Source of the DNA: Azolla caroliniana
Taxonomy: Eukaryota; Plantae; Polypodiophyta
Assembly: GCA_043228905.1 (NCBI GenBank)
Contig: JBHGNT010000202.1
Coordinates: 1-53,816 of the forward strand
Direction: 5' to 3'
DNA: 53,816 nucleotides
The notes under the pieces were generated by a model. The model was not told where the DNA came from, ran no database searches, and saw nothing but the letters and a program-made list of their open reading frames with translations. Every line of letters begins with the position of its first letter. The stretch's first letter is position 1. Made by a program: the position numbers and the translations under genes. This document shows positions 37,196 to 51,376 of the stretch, in pieces.

Positions 37196-40100
37196 TCAAA
37201 TGTTTGGTAGAGATGGTTTGAGCTGTGCCTTTTGAAGTTTTATTGCTGCTTCAAGAATAGCCTCAAGCTCAAGTTTGAATCGTTCAATCTCAGAGTTTTT
37301 CACTTCCATTGCCAATTCCCACTTCCTCTCAGTCATGTCATGTTCAAGGCTTAACAAACGTTTGGTATCTATAAGGATCCGTTGCCATTCACATTCTCTC
37401 TGGTTTTGCCTTTCTTCCATTTCCGATACTTTCTGCTTCAATATTTGCAGCTGCTTATCCAAAAGATTGTCCATAATCACATGAGTCTAACTTCAAACTG
37501 TGTCCTTAATTTAATAAGAAACCTCCTTGATTTTCAACCAAGCACAAAGTGAATTGAAGATCCCCTCATACTACAATCACAAACGGAGAAAAGCAAGTTC
37601 CGTTCTATCTAGGTGTTTTCTTCCCAAGTTTCTCCATTATTTATTACACAAGACTATTTGATGATTGAGGTATTGTAAGTAATTTCATCTTTGCAATACA
37701 TCCATCTTTCCTGGCGCTCTATCTTTCAACAAAAACCTGTATATTAGGACATGAAATGATATTCTCTATCGCATACCTGTTGACTTGGATGCGTTGGTTG
37801 CATTTCCATATCTAGTTTGGAATCACAAGTAACACCTTGTTGCCTAAACACATGGAAAGAAAATGTTAAACTGAGAGCCATACAAGCTAAGTGAATTGAT
37901 ATCTGCAAAAAAACGAAAAAAGATAGAAATAACTCTATAAAATAAGTCATACATGGCCAACAATTTTCATAACATTTGGCACCATTGTCAATAGATGATG
38001 GCACAAACGACACCATAAATTTTAAAATCCAGCCAGAATAGGTGGTTCCTGCCATCCTTGATAGTATTTCTCATTCTCCATGCTAGACTGTGACCTCGTT
38101 GTTATTGTGCTCTCTGTCTTGTGTGTCCCATATGCTATTCTCTCTCTACAACATTTCTTCCTATGCATTCAGCTAGATCCCGATAGATATACAATTGCAC
38201 AAGAGCATCCATAACCCCATTACTATCATACATAAACGTTTCCTTAGATAATCATGAGAGTTCAGTGCAGTGCTTAAATACCATCATTAGAGGATAGCTA
38301 AAAGGTTTGAATTGAACATATTTTGGCAGAATGCATCTAGCAAAATCATGTACCTTGGGTAAAAGACTTTTTCATGTCCCATATGTTTGCTTCTGTTTGG
38401 TATATTAACTCCTGAATCACAAGGAGCTGCATATGTTTAACGTTTCAAAAAAGAATTTAAATCATGACTATAAATTTACATTTTTCGCTATCTATACGCT
38501 GCATGTTGTACACAAGGTGAGGGAATACATTGCAAAAGGATAAACTAAGGATATATGTGAGCATTTGAACAAGTAGGCATACATCACATCCTTGCATGCA
38601 GGTTAACATACCAGATGACATTGTCAGCTTCAAATGTTGCTCTTGATTTCCACCTGAGAAGCTAAATGTTTTAGCACAGTTTTCACACACTCTGCTTAAG
38701 GCTTGATAATGCTTTTTGATGGATAGTAATTCTTGAGCACCACCTTCCTGGTTCAAAAAATTCATTTAGGCACACCTTATCTGTCTGTAAATAAGCACAC
38801 AAAATGCTGAATTCAAGCATAAGCATAAGCAATATCTTTTTCTTTAATGGGGGTAAGGATTAATTCTTATTCAGAAAACCATTCTAATAAATTGATGAAT
38901 AGTAGTAAATTCAAACCTGGACAAACGTTTCATACAAGGTGACACAAATGGCTTCTTAATCATCAAATTTTGAAAAACTATAACTAGAAAAGTGACCTCA
39001 CTTATTACCATTAGAACCCCTGATTTCCTCAATCATATGTTTATTCAAGAGAATGATAAGAATACATTATAGTATAACCCTAATCCTACTCCCTTCATTA
39101 CAGTAAAAGAGTCAATGCCTCTTGCATCCTACCAACTTATGCTCTCTACTGACATGCTCAAAATGGCATAATTCTAGAGAAAGCATGTATGGGCTTCTAG
39201 AGACAACAATTGTAGGTTCCAAATATATCAATTATTTAAAATAAAAAAATCTTAATTACATGGTTTTCTTTGCAATATCAAATTCTACTTCATTTCTATA
39301 CCTCATTCATGTACCTGTGAACATCCCATTTGTTTTAAATCTGATTTCCCATGTATGGTTGGTATTTGTACTTTTCCTTTTTCATACATAGCATGTAGAT
39401 AATCTTCTAGGTCTTTTGATTCCTTTGAATTCTCTGTGACTGTTTCATTGCATGAGTTCTCTGTAATCTCTTCTTTTGTGTTAGCTGTAAGTTTCCCCTC
39501 TACATCAAGCTGACATATGTTATCTGCAGAAGTTTTTTGGACATGTAATCTTAAATAATGACAACCATTTTGTTTTAATTGAAAAGAGATAAGATGAAAC
39601 CTTACCATCTCTCCCCTTTGTATTTAGATTTTTTTCCTCAAGATTCTTTATTGCTGCATCTTTTGCTGCAATGACGTTTTCTAGTAAAGCAATCTTTTCA
39701 TGAAGGTCTTGTGACGATGGCCCCTATGTCAAAAAAAATAGCATTCATCATAATATGAACAACTTCAATATCTAACATGTATGCCAGTTATACATCCATC
39801 ACTTCAGTCAAATCAAAAAATAACGTAAACATAACATGGAATACCACTACTCTTTTTGATGTAGGATCAGTTTTCAATCTTCCAGTTTTAATTTGCTCCA
39901 ACAAACTCTGCTTTGCATTCAATTTTTCATTTAAGTCCTTGACCTTTTTCATGTAGAAGGAGCGTACCTGAGTAATCTGCAGAAAATATATAGAGCAATG
40001 TATGTTTGTATCCATGGATAAGTTTCCTTTAGAACTCTAAACTCTAGATCCTGAACAATACCTGTGCTTCCAGATCTTTCACTCGCCTTGAATTCCCATG

Positions 40101-43100
40101 TTCAACATTCTTAACAGACTTCTTCTGGATTTGGTTCTTCAGTTCTTGTATTCTCAATTCATACTCCCTTTTCATCTTTTCCATTCTCTTTTGTAGACTT
40201 TGAATTTTCTTTTGGCTTTCACCCATACTAGCATTGAGAATATTTTCATAATTGAGAAGGTTCTTGTTTTCATGGTTTTCCAATTTCCTCTCCCATGTGT
40301 CCTACAGTAATAATGGACAAACTGAAGTTTGAATAGACTTGTACCATCACTAGTATATATCAGGAAAAACATTTGATAGTGATACCAGAATGCAGAAAAG
40401 ACTGGTGATATATTGTCTTGAACTTTGAAAGAGGGGCATGCATACTGAGGCGCAATGAAACTGAATGCACATGGTATGTGTGCAAGAACTTTGTGCATGT
40501 ATTATAGCTTCTACACCAATGGTATTAAATGTATTCATACCAATGTAAACAATCAAACAATGGAATACATGCTGGTTGACTCTAATAAAATATCTGTACA
40601 ATACATATTGCTTTTATTCACTTCTTCCTTCAACTGCTTGCTAGCTTTACATACTCATACAAAGAACAGAGAGTGAAGGGCTGAACGAAAACTTTGGACT
40701 AGTAAGTCAACAGGTCTTAAAGAAAAGCTCTCACAGTACATCGGACAAAATGAGTTGTAATAAAGGCGTGCAAAATCTACACTTGGATTTCCTGAAGCAT
40801 GATATGGGGAAAACAACTATGCTGTTGCAAAGAGCCACCAATTGTGATTTACACTCGTTGTCTATCTGTAGACCAACGTTTTGTGAGTAATCTTCCCAAA
40901 TCTTTCCACCTCAAGTGAAGCTTCTGGCAAACAACTTGCTTTGAAAGTTTCATTTGGAAGGTTTGGGTTTAAATGCCAAATCCTCCTTTAGAGTAGGTCC
41001 AGATTAGGATTGCCCATGTCTCTCTTGCCAGTGTGATGCAGACAAAGGTGATTTAATACTCTCTTCCATGACTGGTTCTCTATTCAGCCTTTAATAAAGC
41101 TAGAAATGTGGTTAAATCACCTTCATAGCTTCATTGACATAAAGCAAATCATTAGCGGGTTCTTGGCTCCATCTGTGTGAGGTTGTTGGGTTAAAGCCAC
41201 ACTGAGCATGATCAGCACCAATGATTCTGAAAAAATAAAAATCCAAATTGTGACTGATGAGCAGCCAGTAACTATCTACTAAATGGACTGCATTTCTTCT
41301 TCAGAAATTTAGTAACCCTTTTCCAAGTCAGAATCAACAAGCTACTTTCCCTCATTATGCTTAAGATAGTTTGATCACTTACATAGATACCTTCTTTAAA
41401 AAGTAAAAGAATTTTTTCTCCACATTAATCACCCATGTGGTTACCACACAGCTACAAAAGGTTTTAAGAGGCTACATCCACAAAAACCATGGTGAGGTTT
41501 AATAACTTTCTGAGATCTGTTGCTCATCAGGAGGTGAACCTTTTAGTAGTTGAGGGAGATGAAGAGGTTTCTTCTTAATCTTGAGAAGTCAACTGACAAA
41601 AAAATGACTTTTACAGGAAGTTACAAGCAGGTAAGATAAAGGTGAACCCTTCACTAATTGAGAGACATTGTCAGGTTTCATCACGTAAAATCAACCAACA
41701 AAAAATGGCTTTTACAAAACAGAACGGATGGAGAAGCCCAATTGAAATGTGGTTAGGAAGAAAAGGGATTGCCTAAGAGATCAGGAGGTATAAAGTTGCG
41801 AATGCAAACAAACCTTACCAAAATGGAGGATACACCAACAACTCAGAGGAAAAGCAGCAAAATGAAGATGGGGAAAATATGTCAGGGTCAGAGTAGCAGT
41901 CACATAATGATAAGGAGTTAGTTGTATCCACACATCACTATCTCAAACCTCTGCTAGGGAACTAATATTTATATTTCATATTAAAATATATAATGTCGAG
42001 TATCAAATTATATATCCTGAAAATAAAAAATGCATAATAGACACTTACATCAGGAACTATATTGGTTTCCAGATCCTCACTATGTCCAAACATGCCAGAT
42101 CCATCATTGTTTGTGTAGTTTGTAATCAGTACACACTCGCACGATGCATCCAACATAGGAACACAATTCTGGACACCATTTTTTATCTGGAATTTCAATG
42201 TTTCCTCCAGATCCAGAATCTTCTTTTCTAGATATTTTTTCTCATCTTTTACCTGCAAAAGAAACATCTATTTGCAATGATTTCACATATATAACAAGTC
42301 TAGATGCACAAACATAAGAGTTTGAACTCTTCTAAATTCTGTTCCATGTTGATTTGAAAGAGATAAAATATATTAGATACATTTTATATAAGGAAAAAAA
42401 ACCTTGTTTACTTTTAATACGAGATATTCTTCTAGAAATATGTCTGAACATTTTCTGCCCATCCTTGGGAGACAGATTCGCAACATTTGTAGGCTCCTCT
42501 AAGAACACTATATACATAGAAAGCATAAGATAGCCCACAAAATACAAGAGAACATATTTTCTTACTATAAGGTAAAATCAATGTGATGGTTGGACTTTTG
42601 GTTGTCTGAAGAAGAAAACAAGAGCGTATTATTGCAACTCTATGATACAAAATGGCACAGGCCCATAAAGGATGTAAGCAGGACATTTATCAAAGGCCAA
42701 GTCATAAGCACTCAGCATGTTCTACAGCATTACGAAATTCCATTCATCTTTGTAAGAAAAGAAGTTTTTGTTCTATTTAGACTACAGCATATTATTATAT
42801 TTGGTAACAAAATCAGTGTTGATGGGAAGCTCATGTGCGGGATGTCAATTCTTCAGGAGTTCGAGTTCAACATATTTCATATGCCTGATGGAATATACCG
42901 AGTGGGGCAATTGATGGACAGATAGAAAAACACCTGATAAATGGATTCCACTTGAATCCATACTAGGGATTCCCGATAGCTAATCTGTTTGCCCAGGATG
43001 GAGATTCCATGAGGAAACAGTGGACAGCAGAGAAGCAGATATGGCTGTACCAGCTATGGAGATTATTGAAGACCTCGAATGTTCACAAACTTGGGGAGAG

Positions 43101-46100
43101 GGTAGAGGGGATATGCTTGTCCCTCCAGAAAAATGTGGATATATTATAACGGTATGCTTGTGGATTCACTAATCTACTGGGCAACAGCATTGACTATGAA
43201 TAATCATATTTGGCCAGTAGAACTTTTAATCTAACTATGTTAAGCTATCTTTCAGCAGTAAAGTATAATGACAGGCCAACAATGTTGAAAAAGGAAATGT
43301 GTAAATAGATATTCTTTCAAATTTTGACAAAATGACCGTGTTTAAGAAAGAATATATATACCGTGTCTAATTCAGTTATGAGAGCTTCCTCTCGAGCTTG
43401 GGCATCTAGGATTTCCCTCCTAAGAGTAAGAGACTCTGATAAAGATGCATAAGCGTCTTGCTTGGATCGTTTTGATGTTGCAGAAGCTCGTAAACAAGCT
43501 AGCTGATCTGAAATGGCAACAATCTCCTCAGTCATTTTCTTCTCCTTTTCTTTTGCACCTAGTTGTACCTCCCTTAATTTTTCAAGAGCTTTTTCATTCT
43601 CCATCTATAAACAAAAAGAATATTATTGGGATGAGTCATAAAAAATCTGACAAATCAAATCCAAAATATACTAATAACAAACTAACCTGGTATCCTTTTA
43701 TCAGAGACTCTTGTTCTTCTATTTCTTGGCGCAAACGTTTCAAGTCTTCCTTTGTAAGTGATACCTCTTCCCCTCTTGCTAAACGATGTCTAGGGTTTTC
43801 CATATTAAGCTTCTGAAAATGGTTTCAATGATTAATATTTTGGATAAAGGGAGCCGAATTTAACATGCAATTTCACAGAGATGCACAGAATTATATTCAG
43901 TTATCATATTATCTGCTGCATGTACAATTTAAAACCTGCAGTTGTGCAGACAGTGCATGTTTCTCTTTTTGGAGTTCCCGAAACTTGCTCTCCCAAATTT
44001 TTTGTTTCTGCTGCAACATCTTTGCACTTTCCTGACGGAAAGTACCGAGTTGTTGTGCCACAGCATGCTTTAAACTCCTCTCTTTTGTAACCTGAACTTT
44101 AAGATCTGAGATCTGTGAAAAAACATCAATAGATATTATGAACGAGAACCAAACACATACTCCACAACATAAGAATGAGAGATAAATACCCTCTTTTGTA
44201 ACTCAGAAATTGTACTAGTAGTTCTGTTGCCATTAACGGGTATAACAGCAGAGTTTGACATATTCATGGATTGATTCGAATGCAACGAAGTAACCTGTAA
44301 TTTCCGGGAATGAAACAGATAAAATGGCCTCCAAAAGAAATAGCATAAGCTGCAAAGGTTCATGTATCTGCAGAGTATTCATAGCAATAATATTTTCTAA
44401 CTCCAATCCCATTTTAGAGCGGATATTTTGCAATTATGCTAAAAGGTCTTTCTTCTAAGCATATCAAGCAAATCAGTTCTGTTAAATCAAGAGAAATAGA
44501 CAACATTTTTTATGTATCTTTCAAGAATGAAGCAAATAGTTGAATCTTACAAATCTTGGAAGAAGAAGAAAGAAAGATATATTAACGTCTTTTAAGAGGC
44601 CAAAATGGCCTATAAGACCAAATAAGAGATTACATCTTAAGTGTTGTGTCTCGTCTTTGAGAACAAATCAAAATAAAATAAATATTACACAGTAAATATA
44701 AAAGTAAATAAGATGAAAAGAAAAGAAACGAGGGAATCTGGTTTTTGGCACATGCGAGATTCTCACGTTGGGTATATTGTAGCTTTTGTCTTCGAAGAGA
44801 AAACGGAGTCTAATAGAAAACACCAAAAGACAAATAAATTGAAGTCTCTATAGAAGAAATCAAACTTAAGACAAGGATGCTATGCAATGGTATATTTGCA
44901 TTCATGGATATACTGATTGGCACAATATTATAAGAAGCCTGATATTTGAGCTTCCAATTCAAGTGGAGACATCTTTTCCAGATTAATTTGGAACAGAAAT
45001 GAGACATGCAAAAAACCATGGAAAATTTAAACAGAATCAGAAAGCTTTGTTCTATCAATGGAACTACTTTCTATAATCTTCATCCTATCCTTTCAACAAT
45101 TCTTCTGATGTAGAACCAAGTACGCCTCTTTATCCAAATAAGCCTTTTGATACCAGCTCTATTCCTGGCTTATCTTTGACCAAGATGTCAAAGTTCTAAG
45201 CAATGTAAACGCATCTTTGAACTATGAAAATGAGTTCAATGGGAAACCTACGAAGGATGTTTGGGATGACCTTATGAATGCCAACAGTTGCTAGTGACAG
45301 ATGGAGGATATTTTAAACAGCACAGATGAGGAAACAGCCTTTGTTGAAGAAATCAACCTATGGAGCTCATTGAGGATGAGGAAAAAGCACCTGGCGTGGA
45401 GGTTGTTGGTGAATTTTCTTCGACCTTCTGCACAAAGGAGATTATCATTGGACTACTGCTACATGGGAGAGCGGACAGCTACATTTTGGCCCACCTCAAG
45501 CTTAGTCAAGGAAAATGTTCTGAGGGAATATCCACCAGGAATGACATACATGTTGGAAATCCTCAACTACCAAATAGAGAAACAAGTAATCCTGCTCATC
45601 TGAAAACACAATGAGGTCCACCTCTATTTCTCTCTCCATCTCTTTGTTGCACCACACTTAATCTATTGAGCACTACAGGTTCAATGACCACTCCAGAACA
45701 GAAAAGAAACTGCTATGAAGACCAATTCTCATGATACATACCCTATACAGAAAACAAAAGAAGTGACTTGATATAGAAATGGGGCAGCAACATTCAGCAC
45801 TACAGGTCCAATGACCAATCCAGAACAGAAAAGAAACTGCTATGAAGACCAATTCTCATGATACATACCATTTACAGAAAACAAAAGAAATGACTTGATA
45901 TAGAAATGGGGCAGCAACATTCAGCAGATATGGCAATGATTGGTACCTTTCTTTTATTTCTTAGGTTGGATCTTTAATCTAAATGTTAGTACTTTGAATC
46001 TCTTATCGTAGGTGCACGGTTAGATATTGTATTATCATGTCCTAAAAGCTTTGGATTATACTGAACTTCTTGTTGCAGTACTCCTAAGGCTGCTGAGGAT

Positions 46101-48393
46101 GCAAACTAATGCTCATCAAAATTTAAACAGGATTGACTTATTTATTTTCTGTGTCTTGTGGGGTTGTTTATATCATCATTTTGAATTAAGACCTCTCAAA
46201 TGCTTTCCTTTTACTACACTGAAAATAAATGTGGGTACTGTCAGAAGTGTTTGGTAATGAAAAGTTGGGTTCACAATCAAAGGTGCCTAGGGAGTCCACC
46301 TTTATATTTTACCCATAGTTAGCCGGTTGAATTAGTGGCAACTCATTTATAATGGCAACCTTTCACTATTATTAGTTTACTTTTGCAACTTTTTGTTTTG
46401 CCCCAACTATAGTGAAGATCTATGTGCTTCAACATTTCTTGACTCGATTGCTCACACAATATTTTTCTACTTTACTTCACCAGGAATTGGTTCCTCAAAA
46501 TACCAAACGTGTTTATTGAGCTTAATCGATTTCATCAAGAACCAGAAAGAAAGAAAGAAAGATATATCAACGTCTTTTACGAGGCCAAAATGGCCTATAC
46601 GACGAAAGAAGAGATTACAACAAATCAAAATAAAATAAATATTACTCTAAATATAAAAGAGAAAATGGCATGCACTAGCCTTTTTAACAAGGTCAAGAAA
46701 CTTGGCATCTGTTTTGGCGGGAATTTCTTCTTTCTGTAAACAATGCAGCAATGCATCATTAGAGACTGAAGACTGACCTGAATATGAAAAGAAAAGGAAA
46801 TTATTACATTCCAAACAAAATGAAATATGCTCAAACAACAGTTTTATGGTACAATCTACACCTTAAAATAGTCCCTTTTATTCTTCAAACATATGTCTTT
46901 GTCTTACATTTATGAACATGTCTCTGGGACAAACTTTCTACATGTTGCAATCTAGATGTTTCAATGGCATCTACATCCAAATGACCATCATTTTGGGCAA
47001 TTGGCATTTTTCCATAATTTTCTGACCCGATATTTATTTCCATGTCTGCTCTGCCAAAACTTACCGGCTCATTAGCGTTTTCAACTCTGTTCACACCATA
47101 AAACGTTTAACTAATATGAGGAAATACAAAAAAATGGCCACTCCAGTAGTCTTTAAACTGATGTTCAAACTCTAAAGTTAAATTCAATTAAAGCCCAAGG
47201 TAGTTATCAAACATCCTGCTTTGGTGTGACTAATTTAAGGCCATTATTACCATCTAAAAATATCCTGATTTGAATTCTCTGATTCAAGAAATTTTGGCAT
47301 TCAATAATCCAATCAGTTTCAGTGCAAGTGTACGAATTATTCATATTCATTAAACTTGGTGTTTTTAACATCATGACAAGGAATAAAAAGTCACGCACGA
47401 TACTAGCACATTTCGAAACTCTTGCTAGCAAATGGCACATCACACAATGCAACCCCTTGCTGTTACTAGGCATCCAGAAACTCATCATCTCTGAACTCCT
47501 ATTTTAGAGACTCTTGCTAATATGGCATATTACACAACGAACCCCCTTGCATTCAGAAACTTGTCATCTTTGACCTCCTAATTTAGAAACTCTTGCTCGC
47601 ACATGACACATCACACAGCAGACCCCTTAGTGTTACGAGGCATCCAGAAACTCATCATCTCTGATCTCCTACTTGGAGATTCCACAGACCGTATCTCATG
47701 AAACCTTACACCAATTATCAAGTGCCTCTTGTCCATCTATCCACTCCATGCATCAGATTCCTAATACCACTTTGTACGTTCTGTGAACAAAGGTATTATG
47801 TTATAGCATAAATGAACACATATATTAATGAAGATAATGGTTTATCCCTAGCCTAATTGACTGCATTAATGTATGATTAACTGTGTCTGTAACATATACA
47901 CCATAGCTATCCACTCTCGCTGACTGAATAGCATCCATGAGTTAATGACCTATATCCGACCTAACTGACTCCATTAACATACAAGTACATGTATGTTCAT
48001 AACATACCACCATATGATAACCCTAACTTACAATGCCTACTGGATACTCCCTCTGCAAGTTACCACCAAGAAACCCTTCCTCATAGTCCTGCCCACATCA
48101 AGGCACGTTTGTTGGACTATTGCCTCAAATAATGTATGAACTATCAGTGCCAAAAGATTAACATCCTCCCAAGACGATAGCCACAAAGATGGAGGCATGC
48201 CCTCTTTTAAATTTTCTGACACATTTAACATCATATGTCACGCAAGGAGGCTTGGATAATGTTAAGATTCTACAACTGTTTGAAAGTGAAGGAAATACAA
48301 AGCACACATGTATATATAGATGTATGTGTATGCATGTACATGTTTGTGTGTCTGTATATATGCACGTATATGTATGTCGATGTATATAACACA

Positions 48394-48425
<32 letters not shown>

Positions 48426-51131
48426 CGCGTATGAACGAATACTTGTATGCAAAATTTCAAATCAAGGAAAGCTGATTTAACCTGAAGTCCTGTAAAATGT
48501 CATTAAGATACAATTGAGAGGATTCAAAGTGCAAATCCTTATCTCCACAGATATGGTTGCTTCCATCCTTTTTTAAATCTCTGTACATGAATGATCAGAT
48601 GTGAACACATGTCAGGAAAAGATACTGATTTTAAATTGCAGAAGGAGTATTTAACCTTGGTTCCTATTATGTTTAGCATGTTGGTTTGACACTGATCACT
48701 GAGAACCAAAAAGTCTTCCATCAGGATATCCCATTTATTGTACTTATGTATTTATATGCACCAGTAATACAAAGAAAATGGAAGACACTGATCACTCTTT
48801 TTATCTGTAAGACTATAAAACTTCATACATCAAAACACGTGCACCATTGCAAGGATTAAATATCGATGTTCATGTAAAGAAAGAATACAAAGTCTTTTCT
48901 TGTATCTTGACAAATTTGATTTCCTGATTCAAAAAGTATGGCAAAAATCAATTTTCTGTTAACAAGATCTATCATGCTATTTAAACTCCATGTATACCCT
49001 TCGAAGTTTGAACCACTTAAGCAGATGTCACCCAAGTTCGTTACTTTACTTTCCAAATCTGACATTGAGCAAGCATAATCATGAAAACCAATCTGCATCA
49101 GTTTTTTACCTGTCAAATTAACAGCTCAAAATTAATAAATAACATGACACAGTGACCACATAAATCTTATTGTAAATGGAAACAATCAGTTGAAAACACC
49201 TTACTTCATAGACTTACAACATCAAAAGAAAAACTCTTGCATTGAAAGCCACGAATTTCATCACTAATTTGTAATCAAAATGTTACTCTAGCATTTGCTC
49301 AAGTAATCACAGTAAAGTTCTTGTATAAATCCATGGGGTCTCAGGTCTTGGGTCGTGGCACATGGGTTATGATCCTCAATGTCCAAAATTTATCATGCAA
49401 TAATAGTCACTTGCCAGTGTCTAGTGGCCACAGCCAGTCTGTATGGATTAAAAACTTGGTTATTCTCATTAGTATCAAGAAATATTTAAGAGTAGAAAAA
49501 AATCTGAAATCTCATCCTGAGATGTAGGAAAGAAGAGGTCAGCGGGATGCCAATACCAGTACGAAAGTGACATCTCATCTTCAAATATAGGAGTGACGAG
49601 GTAGGAGAGATAACATTAGGTTCCTTAGTATAAAAAAGGATACAACACTACAAATTCAAAAAGCAGTCGTGGTTCTGAATCAGAATTTGCCAATTAGATC
49701 TACAATAATCAACTAGATCCATTTGTTAATTACTAGATAAAACCTAAACCAGAATAGAACATATCTAAAGTGGCAGGTTCTAGCCATAACCATGCTATGA
49801 TATACCGAGTTCAACCTAAAAGGGATGCATTATAGCAGCCTCAGAAGAACTGTACATTAAGAGCAAGACGACTTCATCATATCAACCAACTAAAAACAAC
49901 AGTTATATAAAGGTTTGCAACTGAAAAATGAGCTCTTGCTTACCATCGATTGAACGAACCATGGATTTCCCCGTATTATCCATACGTTTGGAATCTGAAT
50001 CACCAGAAATGCTACTGTAGCCATATCCAAAAGACAGTGTTCCTCTACATACAAATGTCAATATTCAAATGAACGTTTGGACTTTGTCCATATTTAAAAA
50101 GAACTTCTTGCTCAATTTTTTCAACCATCTCAAAGGTCAAGCATCAATGTTCTTCTTTTGAAAACAAAGCTTATCAATAAAAAAATTTAGCATCCAGTTC
50201 AATCTTTTTATAGCTTTCAATGCATCTCATAGGGAAACCATAAATGTTTGTTTCTTGCAAATATCTTATAATACCCATGTGAGAACAAGGTTAGAACACC
50301 AACAAGAAAGTAAAGTAAGAATAACCTTTAAGTATTTAATAAACATCATTTTATTTTCTTTCAAACAATACACAACTACCTGAAAACACACTTAGATCCA
50401 GGAAGCAATTATGGTTGGAATAAATGGCCATAACTATGTAATAAATAACCATACAAAGATAATATATACTTTCTTCAAAGAAACCTCATGAGAAATCTGA
50501 TAATGAATACAGATTGAATTGAAATGAACAAACAAACCTGTGTGATGAAACTCTTCGCATATCTGGTGTTCCTGAAGGCTCTGGAGAATGAAGCCTATTT
50601 GAAGGACTAGAAATCTGCACAGATCATAGAAAAAAAAATTGAAGATAACCTTTCTAGTGAAAAAATCTATGTTAATAACTATAAAGGAGAAACTTCTCCA
50701 AAATACCTCGAATTTTTGTTTAGCTCCCCACATGCCCCCTAAATTTTCACTATTCCACCCAATTCCCTTGGTTAACCCAAAAGACCGCATGTTTTCATCA
50801 TTTCTTCATATGCCCTTGTTTGTTCCTATCTACAGCAATTACACGTGCTATTTGAGCAAATACTGCTGTCAATACATCTCATTTTCCCTCCTTTCTTTCT
50901 TTTTCTTTTTTGAGGTTGACACGGGGAAATAATGAAAACTCGGGATTAAAGAAAAACCGTGGGCATTTCATAGCTTTTCCAGAGTCAGAAATGTTTTTGC
51001 ATTCAATCGGCACATAAACAATGTAATATGGTAATACGTAAGTTAAATCAGCACACAGAGAGAGAGAATGACAATGGGTTGAAATCGTAGAAGCATACAT
51101 GGAGCTCGACAGGAGGAGGCAGGACATCCAT
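37196..51131 (-). CDS. CEP162: Centrosomal protein CEP162 (QN1)-like coiled-coil protein; ~21 exons, ~906 aa by my model
   Basis: Phase-consistent exons: 51099-51131, 50538-50614, 49944-50044, 48998-49109, 48656-48698, 48482-48489, 46908-47086, 46680-46777, 44190-44294, 43936-44112, 43687-43812, 43362-43604, 42049-42252, 40062-40301, 39845-39976, 39606-39723, 39315-39523, 38612-38747, 38354-38411, 37777-37843, 37196-37450. EQESLIKGYQ|MENEK and the C-terminal KVSEMEERQNQRECEWQRIL...KWELAMEVKNSEIERFKLELEAIL resemble conserved CEP162 blocks as I recall them (EQETLLQGYQQENE; KIKQMEMRHAQREQEL...KNRELEKFRTELDSIL). N-terminal exons are less certain. Confidence 0.78.
40690..41060 (-). mobile_element. 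Degenerate L1-type LINE ORF2 fragment in an intron
   Basis: Minus-strand ARETWAILIWTYSKGGFGI followed by SKLFARSFT..GKIW resembles the post-RT W..L..PK..GGLG motif of plant L1 elements. Confidence 0.55.
42560..43090 (+). mobile_element. Degenerate Ty3/gypsy RNase H fragment in an intron
   Basis: Across frames: WHRPIKDVSR, YSITKF..KKFLFYLDYSILLYLV, LQEFEFNIFHMP resemble gypsy RNase H. Confidence 0.6.
44560..44690 (-). repeat. Dispersed repeat, copy 1 (possible non-LTR 3' tail)
   Basis: GAAAGAAAGATATAT(T/C)AACGTCTTTTA..GAGGCCAAAATGGCCTATA is shared with 46545-46640. Confidence 0.6.
45669..45927. repeat. 127-bp tandem duplication in an intron
   Basis: AGCACTACAGGT at 45669 and 45796 begins two near-identical units. 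Confidence 0.88.
46545..46640 (-). repeat. Dispersed repeat, copy 2
   Basis: Homologous to 44560-44690. Confidence 0.6.
47412..47680. repeat. ~90-bp degenerate tandem repeat (3 copies) in an intron
   Basis: GA(A/G)ACTCTTGCT...CAT(C/T)CAGAAACT...CATCT recurs three times. Confidence 0.7.
48399..48425. repeat. (GT)n microsatellite in an RY-rich tract
   Basis: Direct observation. Confidence 0.9.
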
Positions 51132-51376
51132 GGTTTCCTTCCTTCCTTCCTTCCTCTGCAAGAATTAACTCCTCCACACTCTCTGTTCATTCACTCCCTG
51201 TCTTGTTGTTTCTTGGTTTGAACCAGATTCCTTCTGATTCCAACCTCTCCCTTTGCTTAGATTCCAATTTCTTGGTTTGAACCCAGATTCCTTGTGATTG
51301 CAAAACAAACAATTTGCTTGAACATTTCTAGTCCGCATTGGCTTTAGAGCTAATCCCAAAGGCAAACACCTCTAAT

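Noticed and set aside
42403-42500. Extra CEP162 exon
   Set aside because: The flanking exons join in frame to give a continuous coiled coil without it; cannot be excluded as an alternative exon.
44800-45610. Possible LINE or other coding remnant in the intron
   Set aside because: No recognisable motif; too decayed to call.
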